Shown here in pieces: positions 12,041 through 25,518 of a stretch of 64,000 bases of DNA. The position numbers were made by a program, and so were the translations under genes. The stretch lies in NCBI RefSeq assembly GCF_022045235.1, contig NW_027266319.1, positions 27,404,001-27,468,000 of the forward strand, read 5' to 3'. The notes beneath the pieces were generated by a model that worked only from the letters and a program-made list of their open reading frames with translations, ran no database searches and had not been told where the DNA came from. This stretch comes from Haliotis cracherodii (lineage: Eukaryota). The stretch's first letter is position 1, and each line of letters begins with the position of its first letter.

Positions 12041-12418
12041 GTGAGTTGACACTGTCACCCTATTCACGTTATTTAGAGCGTGGTATCTTTTTTTATGTGT
12101 ACGGAGATTTTGATGTCCATTTCAGTGTGTAAATAAATCTTCGACCACAGACTGCATACAATATCCGGCTTGGAAACTGTGTCTGTGGTATGCCGATGTC
12201 AGTGACAGTCTTTCAACGATGTATTGAAATGACAGAGATGCTGTCATGACAACTGCGGTTCATTTCCGCAGTTCTGAATTTTCTGTGGATAAATTAGAAT
12301 TGGTATTAACACGTGTGAACGATCAAGACACAATTTCAATTCTACATAATTAAGATTTATTGGAGGACCAATATCAATTTCCTCTCAGTACACTGAAAAC
12401 GTAAAGTTTAATTAATCA

Positions 12419-12563
12419 CACTGGCGGATCCAGGAGTGGTTGGCGGAGGTGTGAGGGTGGCGGGTGGGTTGCGGGGTTTGCAGGAGTGCGCACACACACC
12501 CCTTTCTCAATCACCTTACATGTTGTGTATTATGTGCGCGCACACACACACACACAAAAACAC

Positions 12564-12594
<31 letters not shown>

Positions 12595-12621
12595 TTGTTC
12601 AAAAAGCTAGATCCGCTTCTG
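12419..12621. mobile_element. MITE with CA.TGGCGGATCCAG...CTAGATCCGCTTCTG termini (hAT-like), internal (CA)n
   Basis: Imperfect ~15-bp TIRs; no clear TSD. Confidence 0.6.
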
Positions 12622-13897
12622 AATGAATTCACGATATCATTTTCAAATAATTTCTGTAAAAAAAGATATTAAACGTGATGCAAATGAATGTCGAGGTCAT
12701 TGTTCATGTCATACACGTGCATCGCCAGCGTTGTAGATTTCTGTTTATTGCAGTCAGTGTCAATCATCTCGAGAAACCAAGGCCAGCGTCAGATCGCATT
12801 TCTCACACGTGTTGGCTAACACATCATGAATTTCAAACACACCGCTCTGCGTTATGAGTACTACGGAACATGCATTTCCTTTTACTGTCTGTGGGAGACT
12901 AAGCATGGAAACTATTTGTCAAAGTTAATCTTCCGTACACATGCAGAACAAGCGTTTTTCATTAGTATTTTTCAAACGGTATTTTTAGATAGTTTCTAAC
13001 TATGTACGATAACAATTTAAGGGCCATTTTTCGACTCGTAAATCTGTTTGTGTGTTATTTTGTTTCGTACTGAAATACTTGATGTCGACTTTTGAGCCGA
13101 TAACTTCAACGTTGCCCGTGGACAATCACAAGTGGTAAACGTGACCGTGGTTTACATACGCACATATGGATTAATACAGTATACGGTACATGGGTTATTT
13201 GAACCATACATTCCTTGGGATTTGAACGACAACAGCTGGAGTGGTACTTGGTGTGTGATATGGACGTTAATCATCTCGAGGGACCATGCCAAAAGCAATT
13301 GTTAGCAATGTTCGTTTGATTCCCTTCGTATGTAGACACCATATTTAGGGGGAATGCACATTACTATACCATCATGCCTTGCATAGGATACACTGTAAAT
13401 ATATATGGTGAGTCGCGGAGAACATTATAATATGCAAAACCTTCTTTGAGATGACCCCTAATAACAGGCGTGTTTGTAACCTGTTCAGGGGGGGAACGCT
13501 ATGCTATTGAAAGGTGTTTGGGACAAGGGATAGAGTATTACTCACGGCTGGATGTGTGGAAGGCAGGTTGGGTGCAATGCAATCCCGGGTAACACCTGGC
13601 TGTGGAGTGAGTGAGGCAAGTTTGAGACACACCGCTTCATCAATTTTGCCTCCCCCCACGGATCTCGGTCTTTGTCAAAGAAAAAAACCCGGACTGTACC
13701 CACACGTGGATATGCAAACTGTCCTTAACTAGGTGCAGTAGGTTTTAATTCTGATAAAGAAATAATATTTTGTGTTGTTCAATGAATATTCATATTGACT
13801 AAACGCAATCTGTTTCTCTGTGCTTTTCAACCTGGTTAGAAAATGAGTTGAGTGTGACGTCAGGGATTTAGTGAAACCACGTCTAGACTGATTATTA

Positions 13898-14190
13898 TGT
13901 GTTTGCTTGTTTGTTTGTTTGTTTGTTGTTTTACGCCGCACTCAGCAATATTCCAGCTATCAGACGGCGGTCTGTAAATTATCGAATCTGGACCAGACAA
14001 TCCAGTGACTGACATCATGAGCATCGATCCACACAATTGGGATACGATAACATACATCAACCAATTTTTTTTTTAAGTCAGCAAGCCTGACCACTCGATC
14101 CAGTTAGTCGCCTTTTATGACAAGCATAGTTGCCTTTTACAGCAAGAATGGGTTGCTGAAGGTCTATTCTACCCCGGATCTTCACGGGTC
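13898..14190 (-). mobile_element. Family B full-length copy
   Basis: Perfect 13-bp TSD AGACTGATTATTA at 13885-13897 and 14191-14203; (CAAA)n tail. Confidence 0.93.
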
Positions 14191-14559
14191 AGACTGATTA
14201 TTAAGGTAGATAGTTCCCCAGTTTCACCTCTATTGTACTTCAGGAGTGTGACGGAAACTGATTCATATATTATCTTATATCTATATCTATCTTGTCTTTT
14301 CTGGTTTTCACGCTATATTCGTCCAAAGAACCAACGAATGGGGATCGTGTTGTCACAGATGGGCTAGCTGTATGGTTGTATATGTCCTTGTACCTGGAAA
14401 TGTTGTTCGTGCTATCGACCACTGGTATAGGTGACCCAGACATGAGTATTTACAGGTTTAGTAAAATACCCGTAAATGTCACCTGAACATCATTATCGCT
14501 TCATTAGATATAATTAATTAGATTCATGATTTCTTCCAATTACGGTATTGTTTCCATGT

Positions 14560-14900
14560 CCAACTTCAACTCACCCATGTTAATTCCAACTCACCCATGG
14601 TAACGTCAACTCATCTATGGTAACTCCAACTCACCCATGGTAACTCCAACTCGCCCATGTTAACTCGAACTCACCCATGTTAACCCCAACTCACCCATTT
14701 CAACCCAACTCACCCATGTTAACCCTAACTCACCCATGTTCACTCCAACTCAATTAACGTTAGCCCCAACTCACCCATGGTAACTTCAACTCACCCATGG
14801 TAAATCCAACTCACGCATGCTAATCCCAACTAACCCAACGTTAACCCTAACTTACCCACGTTAACTCCAACTCACCCATGGTAACTCCAAGTCGCCCATA
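14560..14900. repeat. 20-bp minisatellite TAACTCCAACTCACCCATG(G/T), about 17 copies
   Basis: Direct 20-nt periodicity visible. Confidence 0.95.
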
Positions 14901-15467
14901 TGAATTTCACAAATCCAATTCCTGATTCAGAAGGTATGAATTACTGAGGCCAAATGGATGACATCATTAGGCTGCACGATGGATTGCATGGTCGGGGTCA
15001 TCCAGCATCGTCAGATTATTACTGACGCCAACAGAATTAATCAAAGCGGGGTGAATAATGCATTCCCCGTGTGTTCAAACGTGATACAAATCAGGGGCCC
15101 CTGAATCATTGATCATTCCACCCCCACCCACCATCACCCCCCAAACCCGTCTGGCGTCTTTTGTCCAGACAACACGGACACTTAGCTACATGTAGTGGAC
15201 ATTTAGGCATATAATCTCTCAAGGAAACAGTTGCACTGCATACCGTCAGATGATATCGCGAACTCCACGTGCTGCTGTTTACGGTAATGGATGAGGGGGG
15301 AGGGGGCGAGTGTTATGCGGGTGACAGCTCGCGATAGGAGTTCGGAAGATACAATATTCGTATGATTAGTTCGAGATAATGTGTATCAGTCATACATAAA
15401 TTAGGTTAGATATATGGCAAATTATGTATTTTATATGTAGATCATTATCGAACTTAGTTGAACTCCT

Positions 15468-17250
15468 CTTTCCGGGACAAGCGGTTCGACTAGCCCATAT
15501 CACACATCTTCCAAAGACAAGTGTGTCTACTAGCGCATATCACACATCTTCCCGGAATAAGTGTGTCTACTAGCCCATATCACACATCTTCCCGGGATAA
15601 GTGTGTCTACTAGCCCATATCACACATCTTCCCGGGACAAGTGTGTCTACTAGCGCATATCACACATCTTCCCGTGACAAGTGTGTCTACTAGCCCATAT
15701 CACACATCTTCCCGGGACAAGTGTGTCTACTAGCGCATATCACACATCTTCCCGTGACAAGTGTGTCTACTAGCGCATATCACACATCTTCCCGGGATAA
15801 GTGTGTCTACTAACGCATATCACACATCTTCCCGGGATAAGTGTGTCTACTAGCCCATATCACACATCTTCCCGGGATAAGTGTGTCTACTCGCCTATAT
15901 CACACATCCTCCCGGGACAAGTGTGTCTACTAGCCCATATCACACATCTTCCCGGGACAAGTGTGTCTACTAGCCCATATCACACATCTTCCCGGGATAA
16001 GTGTGTCTACTCGCCTATATCACACATCTTCCAAGGACAAGTGTGTCTACTAGCGCATATCACACATCTTCCCGGGATAAGTGTGTCTACTAGCCTATAT
16101 CACACATCTTCCCGGGATAAGTGTGTCTACTCGCCTATATCACACATCTTCCCGGGATAAGTGTGTCTACTAGCCCATATCACACATCTTCCCGGGATAA
16201 GTGTGTCTACTCGCCTATATCACACATCCTCCCGGGACAAGTGTGTCTACTAGCCCATATCACACATCTTCCCGGGACAAGTGTGTCTACTAGCCCATAT
16301 CACACATCTTCCCGGGACAAGTGTGTCTACTAGCCCATATCACACATCTTCCCGGGATAAGTGTGTCTACTCGCCTATATCACACATCTTCCAAGGACAA
16401 GTGTGTCTACTAGCGCATATCACACATCTTCCTGGGATAAGTGTGTCTACTAGCCCATATCACACATCTTCCCGGGACAAGTGTGTCTACTAGCGCATAT
16501 CACACATCTTCCCGGGACAAGTGTGTCTACTAGCCCATATCACACATCTTCCCGGGACAAGTGTGTCTACTCGCCCATATCACACATCTTCCCGGGATAA
16601 GTGTGTCTACTAGCCCATATCACACATCTTCTCGGGATAAGTGTGTCTACTAGCCCATATCACACATTTTCCCGGGACAAATGTGCCACCTAGCCCATAT
16701 CACACATCCTCCCGCGACAAGTGTGTCTACTAGCCCATATCACACATCTTTCCCGGGACAAGTGTGTCTACTCGCCTATATCACACATCTTCCCGGGACA
16801 AGTGTGTCTACTAGCGCATATCACACATCTACCCGGGATAAGTGTGTCTACTAGCCCATATCACACATCTTCCCGGGACAAGCGTGTCTACTCGCCTATA
16901 TCAAACATCCTCCCGGGATAAGTGTTTCTACTAGCCCATATCACACATCTTCCCGGGATAAGTGTGTCTACTCGCCTATATCACACATCTTCCCGGGACA
17001 AGTGTGTCTACTAGCGCATATCACACATCTACCCGGGATAAGTGTGTCTACTAGCCCATATCACACATCTTCCCGGGACAAGCGTGTCTACTCGCCTATA
17101 TCAAACATCCTCCCGGGATAAGTGTTTCTACTAGCCCATATCACACATCTTCCCGGGATAAGTGTGTCTACTAGCCTATATCACACATCTTCCCGGGACA
17201 AGTGTGTCTACTAGCCTATATGACACATCTTCCCAGGGCATGCGTGTCCA
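15468..17250. repeat. 40-bp satellite CACACATCTTCCCGGGA(C/T)AAGTGTGTCTACTAGCCCATAT, about 44 copies
   Basis: Near-perfect 40-nt periodicity with no spacers. Confidence 0.98.
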
Positions 17251-17251
17251 C

Positions 17252-17359
17252 TCTTCGCGCCGAAGACCCGGGTACAATGTGTGAAGCCCACGCCGTGATG
17301 TTGTTGGAATATTGCTAAAAATCAGCATTAAAAACACAACTCACTCACTCACTCACTCA
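17252..17359 (+). mobile_element. Family A SINE fragment with internal deletions
   Basis: GCCGAAGACCCGGGTACAATGTGTGAAGCCCA..GGAATATTGCTAAAA..(ACTC)n. Confidence 0.8.
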
Positions 17360-17643
17360 GTATATCCAAGGATATATACTTGCAAACACTCTTGCCTCAG
17401 GAACATGAACCTCGTTAATCCTGATTGTTTGGTTCTATAAATCCTGGTAAGAAGGTTATAAGACCACAAAACGCCGGGTGTTTGCAATAGCGAGATCGAA
17501 TCAAGTGCCGAGTTTGGTACACAATGGCTATAGACTACTTAGAATGATTGTTAGTGTTTCATGAAATTCATTTGTACACATATTGCTGCTGAGTGCGTAT
17601 TCGCGAGAACCAATGTATGAAGGTATTGGGAACTTGCATTATC

Positions 17644-17778
17644 GGGGCGTAGCCTAGTGGTTAAAGCGTTCGCTTGTCACGCCAAAATGTCCGGGTTCGT
17701 TTCCCCACATCGATACCGTGTGGAGCCCATTTCTGGTGTCCGTGATATTGCTGGAATATTGGAATAAAACCAGACTCA
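17644..17778 (+). mobile_element. Family A SINE
   Basis: GTAGCCTAGTGGTTAAAGCGTTCGCTTGTCACGCC...GCCCATTTCTGGTGTCC. Confidence 0.85.
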
Positions 17779-19004
17779 TTAATGGCGTTTTCATTCTGTA
17801 CAACATGATGGTAATGCGCTTACTCTAGCCGCCATCTCTGATGTCCTGCTGATGTTCTCAGAGAAGCGACAATAAAGGAAAGTCTTAGATGTGAATCTAT
17901 TTTATGTCATGTCTAATTTCAATCTGGACATCCATAAAATAAATAATAAATCTGAAATCCTGCCCTACACCACATCAGATGTGGTATAATGGCTCTACCA
18001 CAGGATAATTCAGATGCCACTATGCACGGAAAGGTTCTCCCTCATCAATCACCAGCGACAAGTCAAGCGACAAGTGCTTTTTTCCGGAGATCCAAACAAG
18101 CAAATCAAGCTGAGATGAAATCCTGTCACTGCCCCCCCCCCCCCCCCCCCCCCCCCGACCCTCCCTACCCACCTCTGCGGCATCATCAGTGGGTGACAGT
18201 CTCAGTATTGATGGCCTGCTCTTGACCGTTGGAGGACATCGGCCATTGATTAAGATAACGAGGGAATACAAACAGAAAGAGACGAACAAATATTTTCCCA
18301 TCGTTGACAGCTGTGGTGCTCTTAATACCACCTCATTGTAACCCAAGGGAAAGGTTAAATAGCTTGTCAGCCTGCTCTCACAATAGGGTCGGTGTTTGAA
18401 CCCAATGAAAATCAGTCATTGGAAGATTGGGTGATATGATTTATGGATTCATATGATTATATTGTGTGGTGGAGATAATGGGATCGGTCAGCTCGAAAAC
18501 TGACGTGGATGGTGAAATCAATGTGTTATTTCATGGTTATTTGGTTTAATTTAGTTAGAATGCAAAGAACATATACATTAAATGAGATGTAACGATTTAT
18601 TGTTAGGTTAGTCTTTAACAGGATTTCCATATGGGATAATTTATGTCGAAGGGTGAATAGCTTTCGTTGAAAGATATTTATGAGGCCATAACAAATAATT
18701 GTCATGATCGTGTGATATTCATGACATACAAATAACGATCAATTGTTTGGATGATATGAGTACTTATCACACTTGGTGAGCATGTCTGTCACGTGTTTCC
18801 ACCAGTCTACTGTTTACAGTGACAAAGACACGAGGGCAGAAAATGTATGATTATTAGTAATAATGGCTGATACACATTGTTGCAATACGATAGTATTATT
18901 GATGTTGTTATCGTCATCATGTTAAGCTAGAATTCTTTCTGATCAGTATTTTATAACTGTCATTATTATCATTAGAAGTGTTAATAATGTCATTATCATC
19001 TGGG

Positions 19005-19285
19005 GAACGGGGGGGGGGGGGGGGGGGGGGTGATGTGCCGAGCCGTCAGATCCGCTGTGCAAGGTACACAATGTGCTTCCATAGGCGTGTCAATAATCTG
19101 TGGGCGTGGGTTCGAATCCCGATTCGCCCTGATTATGTTTCTAGGTTTGTCAGCACCCGTGCTCATGTGTTTCACCAAAGTGGTAAACGTCCAAGACCTG
19201 CATCACTTTCTTGCCACATCAAGCTGACACGCCGTGATATAACTGGAATAATATTGAACCGTCGTAAACTATATTCACTTACTTA
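19005..19285 (+). mobile_element. Family C SINE, diverged
   Basis: GTGGGTTCGAATCCCGATTCGCCCTGATTATGTTTCTAGGTTTGTCAGCACC...AAGCTGACACGCCGTGATATAACTGG. Confidence 0.85.
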
Positions 19286-20496
19286 TCATCATCATTTAGT
19301 CGTAGCCGTAGTCGTAGTGTGATGGTTGTAGTAGTTGACGAGGCTCTACAGGCCTTCGTTTCACACGGTGATGCTAGTGTTATGACTGACGTAACTGCAA
19401 TATTTCTCCTCCGGGATATCGTTAAGAGTTTATTTGACCAACAATAAAACACAAAAAAACCTATTCAAGTTCATTATTTGTATTATTATTATTATTATTG
19501 GTATGTCAATGTTGTAGTATTCTGTGTAGATAGTTATTAGGTTTTCCTAACCGTAAACTAACGGCTGTTGTAGCTCTGTGGTTGTTTGTAGGTCTGTGGC
19601 CGAGTTTGGGATCACGGTCTAGAAATGTCTACACCATGTCTAATCATAACATGCTGTACATTCCGTACAGTTATATCTGGTAGGGACACAGTTGTGCTGA
19701 TGATACTACTGGGCTGTCTGGGCTCTGACAGCTGCTTGATACGCGACAAGTTATCACATTCCAGCACCAAGAACAATTGACAACTTATCGTCGCCCGTGG
19801 GCACTACTCGAGAACAAAACGAAGGGAAGACAACTCTTGTCTGTTTCACTCAACTGCATCCCCAGAGCTCTTGACATGGCTAACACATTCCTTTGAACCG
19901 ATTCCCCCACTTAAATAGCTCCATCCATTGTCCTAACTTGTTTACCTGTCTCACCAGGTTGTGGCATTCCGAGCTATTTTGTTCCGGAAGTGCCCGCGTA
20001 ATTGAGGAAGTAGTGTTATTAGCGTGCTATTGTTTCAACATGTGGAATAACGGTCAACCGTCGACAGACGATCATTTGAGCTCAGGGAGATAATTGGCCA
20101 ATGGTTCCACTTTGAGGGGTGTTGATGCAGGTCAAGGTTTGCAGCTTGGGGAAGAATGAAATGAATTGTTCACGACTTTGACAGATTATTGGGCGCCATC
20201 AAAGAGTGAAAGAGACACAGTTGTGATGAATTAGATCCCCCGTTTGCCATCACGAGTTGATTCTAATCATAGCCTAATAGCGGGCACGCGTCAGTGGTTC
20301 AAATTGAGTATATGCCAATGGCCACTTCCGATATCTGTTTAGGTTGAAAGGTGAAATATGCTATTCACCTATTTAGATAATTACATGTCGTTTGGCATAT
20401 TTGTGTCACGTGTTCAGCCCATTTTATGCTACATATTGACTTAACATTATAGGGATTCGTTTTCTGTGATCTAATTCCTGGCCCAGAGTTTATTTA

Positions 20497-20654
20497 AGTG
20501 AGTGAGTGAGTATGGTTTTACGCCGCTTTTAGCAATATTCCAGCAATATCACGGCGGGGGACACCAGAAATGGGCTTCACACATTGTACCCATGTCGGGA
20601 ATCGAACCCGGGTCTTCGGCATGACGAGCGAACGCTAGGCTACCCGACCGCCCC
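20497..20654 (-). mobile_element. Family A SINE, young
   Basis: Nearly identical to the 9119 copy; TSD CCCAGAGTTTATTTA at 20482-20496 and 20652-20666. Confidence 0.92.
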
Positions 20655-21029
20655 AGAGTTTATTTATAGGTGATGTAGTTGGAGTATGATGGTTGCGGCA
20701 TAACGCAGCCATCACCATCGTTGTGCAGTTGCATCTCCTAGCCGTACCAGAAACCTGTGTTCGTTGGTTCGAATCATGGTCGGCTCTGATTATGTTTCTC
20801 GGTTGAAATGTGGTAACTGTCTAAGACCTGCATGACTTCAGGCTTTCCTCCCAAGCCAGGCCCAAAGTGACGCCAAGTCTAACTTACAGGCATTGGGCAG
20901 TTTCACTAGGACAAAAGAGGCAAGAGCTCTGTGTTCTGGCCCAAAGAATGCCTTATGGAAGCCTGGTCACAGCCGAGAGTGCTCTCCCGTTATTGGCACC
21001 ATCCAAGTACTGTCGGATTCTATTCTACA

Positions 21030-21162
21030 TGAGTATTTCAGCAATATCACGAAGGGGGAGACCAGCAATGGGTTTCACACATTTTACCCATAATGGGAAT
21101 CTAAGCCGGTTCTTTGGCGTGATGAGCGAACACTTTAACCACTAGGCTACCTCACCACCCCT
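21030..21162 (-). mobile_element. Family A SINE, diverged (family C fragment at about 20740-20850)
   Basis: GCAATATCACG..ACCAG..ATGGGTTTCACACA..GAGCGAACACTTTAACCACTAGGCTAC. Confidence 0.8.
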
Positions 21163-21929
21163 GAGAATTCACATAAGAACCCTAGGAGCATTGACCAAAA
21201 TCGATAACTGCTCACAATTCCAAAAAACAAACAAGAGTCCTTTGGCTTCGGAACATTTTGACACTCAGCACCACACTGTGGAATTCTCTACCTTGGTAAC
21301 ATTTCTAACAACATCTAGAGCTGCCCTGAAGTCGCATCTGTTTTATTATGTTTAATTCTCTTTCTACGCGTGTTTCTTGATGGGTATTTTTGTATATTAC
21401 TCTTATTCCAGGGTAAATACAAAAGTCACCACGTCTCTGATACGCAACTTCCTCGTGTCGGGAGTAGTGACACGTTATCAGAAACTGATTCCAGGTTTCC
21501 TTATGTACACACCACTGTGTAGCCAGAAGGCTGTGACGCATTTTGAAAATTGTCGTTTAATGATTAAAATCTAATTTATAACCAGTGGATTATGACACAA
21601 TGAGTTTATTAAGTGCACAGTGAACGCGCCTGCAGTCATCACGCGAGGCAACAGATGTCAGCCGTATCTTGCAGCAATAGCTGACACTCCTTCTTACGTC
21701 ATGTGGTACGGCGGTTCGGGCCCAGGCAGCACCGTCCTGTAATTAATTATACGATGCAACGAGTGTGGGTCTTTAGGATACAAACCTGTGGTTGATAGTG
21801 TGAGCGTCAGACCACACCGGCAACTTAGTCACAATCTAAATAGCGGCCATTGTGACCAAACAATCTCTATTTTGGTTCCTCTAGTACAGTTCTATAGGAC
21901 ACAGGGATGCTTTCATCGGACCGATCATT

Positions 21930-22200
21930 ATGAGTGAGGGGGTAGGGCTTAACGCCTCTTTGAACGCTATGCGAGTTATGTCACGACTTGTCAGCTTAAT
22001 GTGGGGCGAAATCCCGAAGTGATGCATGTCTCAGACGTTTTCCACTTTTGTGAAACAGACGAGCACGGGTATAGTGCTGACAACCTAGACGCGTATTCGG
22101 GTCATACCGGGATTCGAACCAACGACCACAGGTATCAGGCTTGCCCAACTTGCCTTTTCTGGGACGCAACTCTGCACAGCATATCGCAGGGCCTCACACG
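21930..22200 (-). mobile_element. Family C SINE, diverged
   Basis: GTCAGCTTAATGTGG..CCCGAAGTGATGCA..GGGATTCGAACC..GGGACGCAACTCTGCACAGC. Confidence 0.85.
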
Positions 22201-23619
22201 CCAACTCTGATCCCTCATAATTTGAGCCTTTCTGGAATTAACAGGTCGCTACAAATAACAGTTGCAGTCGTTACAGCATTGCATGATTATGTCTGATTAC
22301 AGGGTAGCCGACACCCTTTACACTACCTTCGCTACCCGACACCCGGCCTTCCATCCCGTGTCACTACAGTGCCGAGATACACTCGTTCACCTAGCTCTGC
22401 CGGGGGGAGATTGAATCTACAACGCTGCACGGCAATCTGGAATTGGCCATGAAAGCAGATGTTTATGCCTGATATGCCGTCGCCAGTGATCTATCGTCCT
22501 GATATGCACATTTCAATCTCGTTCATGGTCGTTATTTTCGTTAGTATATATTGATATGACTGGTGATGGTATATGTCACGTACGGCGGTATACTTGGTCA
22601 AGTGGGCAGGTTGTTCGTTCCTGGGTGTATTGATCGGGGTAGGCTTACCTGGTAATGCACCTTTATACGTTGTAGCGTGTTGAAGTGGAGTTATACCATT
22701 CGCATTACACGTTTTGATTGGTGTGAATCATACATACACGTATGTTGTTGCGTGACATTCATTACATTGTGATACTAACTTGTCGATAACAGCTATACTA
22801 CTGAGATGCATGATGTTTGCCTTGGAGAAGTGGAATCTATTTCAGGCAATATTGGAATCCCATATGTCAATCTATAATGTCTGTATTAGTTTTAATCATT
22901 GTTAATGGTGGCAGGGTAGTGTCTAGTGTGTGTTTAGGCTTAGAATTACACAACGAGGACCTTTTTTTCAAAATGATTTGTCCATAATGGCATACTATTT
23001 CTCATCAGTGTAAATTGATCGCACTTGATGCCCTTCTTGAGGATTTGAGTTGTATATGTTTTTATCAGACCGGCTAAAAACATCATCTCTAGGAAGAAGA
23101 TACATCAGTTTCTCATTATGTTAAACCACCCAGCGTCATGTTCGCATGATAACACCCCCCTCATCGTTCATCCCCTCAACACAATGACAATTTAAATATA
23201 GATTTGTTTGTAGACTATGGTGGTTTATTTGGTTTAGCCTGTTCCGTACATGGGTATATATGTTTGGCTCATTTCTCGTGGAAATATTGTGCTGAAATAT
23301 TGCTATCAGCGGCGTAAAACTATACTCCCTCACTCACTCAATGATGGAGTGAGTGAGTGAAAGGGACTTTAAGACACAACTGGTTATATTACCCTTCTTC
23401 ATAGCTTCCTGTATAGTCACGTTGTCCAGATCAACCAGTTGTTCGTTATCCAAGCTGCCAGGATACTATTGCATGTTCAGCCAATCCACATCTGACAATC
23501 ATAAGTGTAAGTATCATACACACCGAACAGCTATTGTGACCAACTGATCCCCATTGTAGTCAGCACTACAAGCGTAGGATTCGGAGACCGTCACACAACC
23601 TGCAAATCAGGTGACTGAC

Positions 23620-23738
23620 AGCAATATCACGGCCGGGGACACCAGAAATGGGCTTCACACATCGTGCCCATATGGGGAGTCGAACCCCGTCTTCGGCGTG
23701 ACGAGCGAACGCTTTAACCACTAGGCTACTCTGCCCCT
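23620..23738 (-). mobile_element. Family A SINE (another decayed + strand copy at about 23205-23340)
   Basis: GCAATATCACGGCCGGGGACACCAGAAATGGGCTTCAC...GACGAGCGAACGCTTTAACCACTAGGCTAC. Confidence 0.88.
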
Positions 23739-24304
23739 GCAATTCAGGGTAATCGTGGTTAGTAACACACATGAGGGCAGTGAAGCTGCAGTATTCACAC
23801 CTAATCAAGTCTGCCAGGTAAGTCATGTCGATCTGGTGTGGTACAATACACAAGTGTTCACGTTCTGTGTTTTCTCTACCTTCAAGCCCCGTGTGGTCCA
23901 TACAGTCTCAACCCGTCATTACACAGGCGTACAAACACGCTGTAGGGAGCTCTCGGCGAACACTCGAGACATCTCCAAAGCGTTGATTTGTGTGAAGGCC
24001 TCGAGGTTTTTATCGCGTTGTTGAGTGGGAAAATAAACCATTACAGGATAAAATGTCCTTCTGGAAACACTTTGTATACAGAATCACAGCTACATCATGT
24101 CTATAAATACGCTTCCAAGCTTCAAGTAGGAAACAAATTTGCTTAGACGTCATTAAAACGTAAATGTGAGGGTGTTCTCTTTGAACGTTTTATGTGGCAG
24201 AGAGTCCAACTTTCAGTTTTATTTCGCGTTGACATTCTCCATCAAATACGTCAATGTATTTAAAAGTTATCTCGATATTGATATCGCTGTGTTATAATAT
24301 GTCT

Positions 24305-24530
24305 GTTCCCTGAGCAGTAAATGGGTACCCGGTAGGATGAGATGTAATGTGACTGTTAACCTTCTAATGCTTCACAGGCAGTTTGTATTGTATACTCCGC
24401 AGGGAGCTGAGAATGAAATCGAGTGCACACTTATCCATCGAACAGGGTATAAATAATGTCGCTCTTTGAGCATACCTATGTGTTGTGTTGAAATAAAGCC
24501 CAATATGTATTTATCATTTTTATTATTATT
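24305..24530 (+). mobile_element. CORE-SINE-like element, 5' truncated
   Basis: GCAGTAAATGGGTACCCGG (CORE-domain-like), GTATACTCC.CAGGGAG.TGAGA, and a CR1/L2-type tail ending (ATT)n; family match recalled from memory. Confidence 0.6.
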
Positions 24531-25261
24531 ACACATGAGGCTACTTCCTCCATCCCCAATTTTAAAATACACAGGAGCTCACTGTCAACCTACCTACGAT
24601 ATTTTTGCAAGTTTTTATTTCTTCAGTTTTATTATAATCATTAACATTATCATTAACGGGCACATTACTCAATGACACACAGGAACAATATGCACTAACA
24701 AGCCGCATCTGTTGTCATGGAAACGGATCTGGTGCAAATTACCTGGAATAATACCATTTCAGGAACTGTGGTGCTGAACGTGTCATTCTAAGAACCCGGA
24801 TATTAGTTGACCTCTGACCACGAATCACAGTGAATGCGTTCTGACAATGAAGGTTCTCCTGCAGCTTAATGGATTCACGAAGTGCAAGATTCCTAGTAAT
24901 GACACTTGTTCACGGTGAACGGAAATTGCGATCCTTCATTTCTCAACTGACTGAGTACAAGATTAGAGCCCTCTCTCCGCGTCGGGACAAAAGAGAAAAA
25001 TATGATTCCGTCAGACAACACGCAAATTGTTAATACCTCGCCACGTTGTCATGATAGTCAATGGTGCGTTTGCGAGACTTACCGTGACAAAATAAACTGT
25101 GATTCCTGAAGGTTCATGTAGCTGGCCAAGCCAACGGTCTTAAAAACATGTTGGATAAACATTTGATGTTTACATTATTTTTACAAAAGCTGATTAGATG
25201 TATACATGTTTTATTATTCGAAGGGACTGATTTTATAATGTGCAATAAATCATATATATTA

Positions 25262-25518
25262 TTGGTTGGTGTCAACTGCGGTTAATGTTGTTGGTTTGAC
25301 ACACTTGGTTGATGTCAACTGCTTTTAATTTTGTTGTTTGGCCAACCTTTATTTGGTGTCAACTGAGGTTAAAGGTGTTGATTTGACACACTTGGTTGAT
25401 GTCAACTGCTTTTAATTTTGTTGTCTTGACAAACTTGGTTGGTGTCAACTGCGGTTAATATTGTTGATTTGACAAACTTGGTTGGTGTCAACTGCGGTTA
25501 ATGGTGTTGATTTGACAA
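25262..25518. repeat. 43-bp minisatellite, about 6 copies (TTGGTTGGTGTCAACTGC...TTTGACA.AC)
   Basis: Period 43 (25262, 25305, ...). Confidence 0.9.

Noticed and set aside
15468-17250. CRISPR-like array of palindromic repeats and the ORFs within it
   Set aside because: No unique spacers, no cas genes, eukaryotic context; it is a head-to-tail satellite.
23771-23823. ATG ORF ending at a perfect CAG|GTAAGT donor
   Set aside because: Phase 2, directly beside a SINE, with no promoter-like context; cannot be distinguished from chance.
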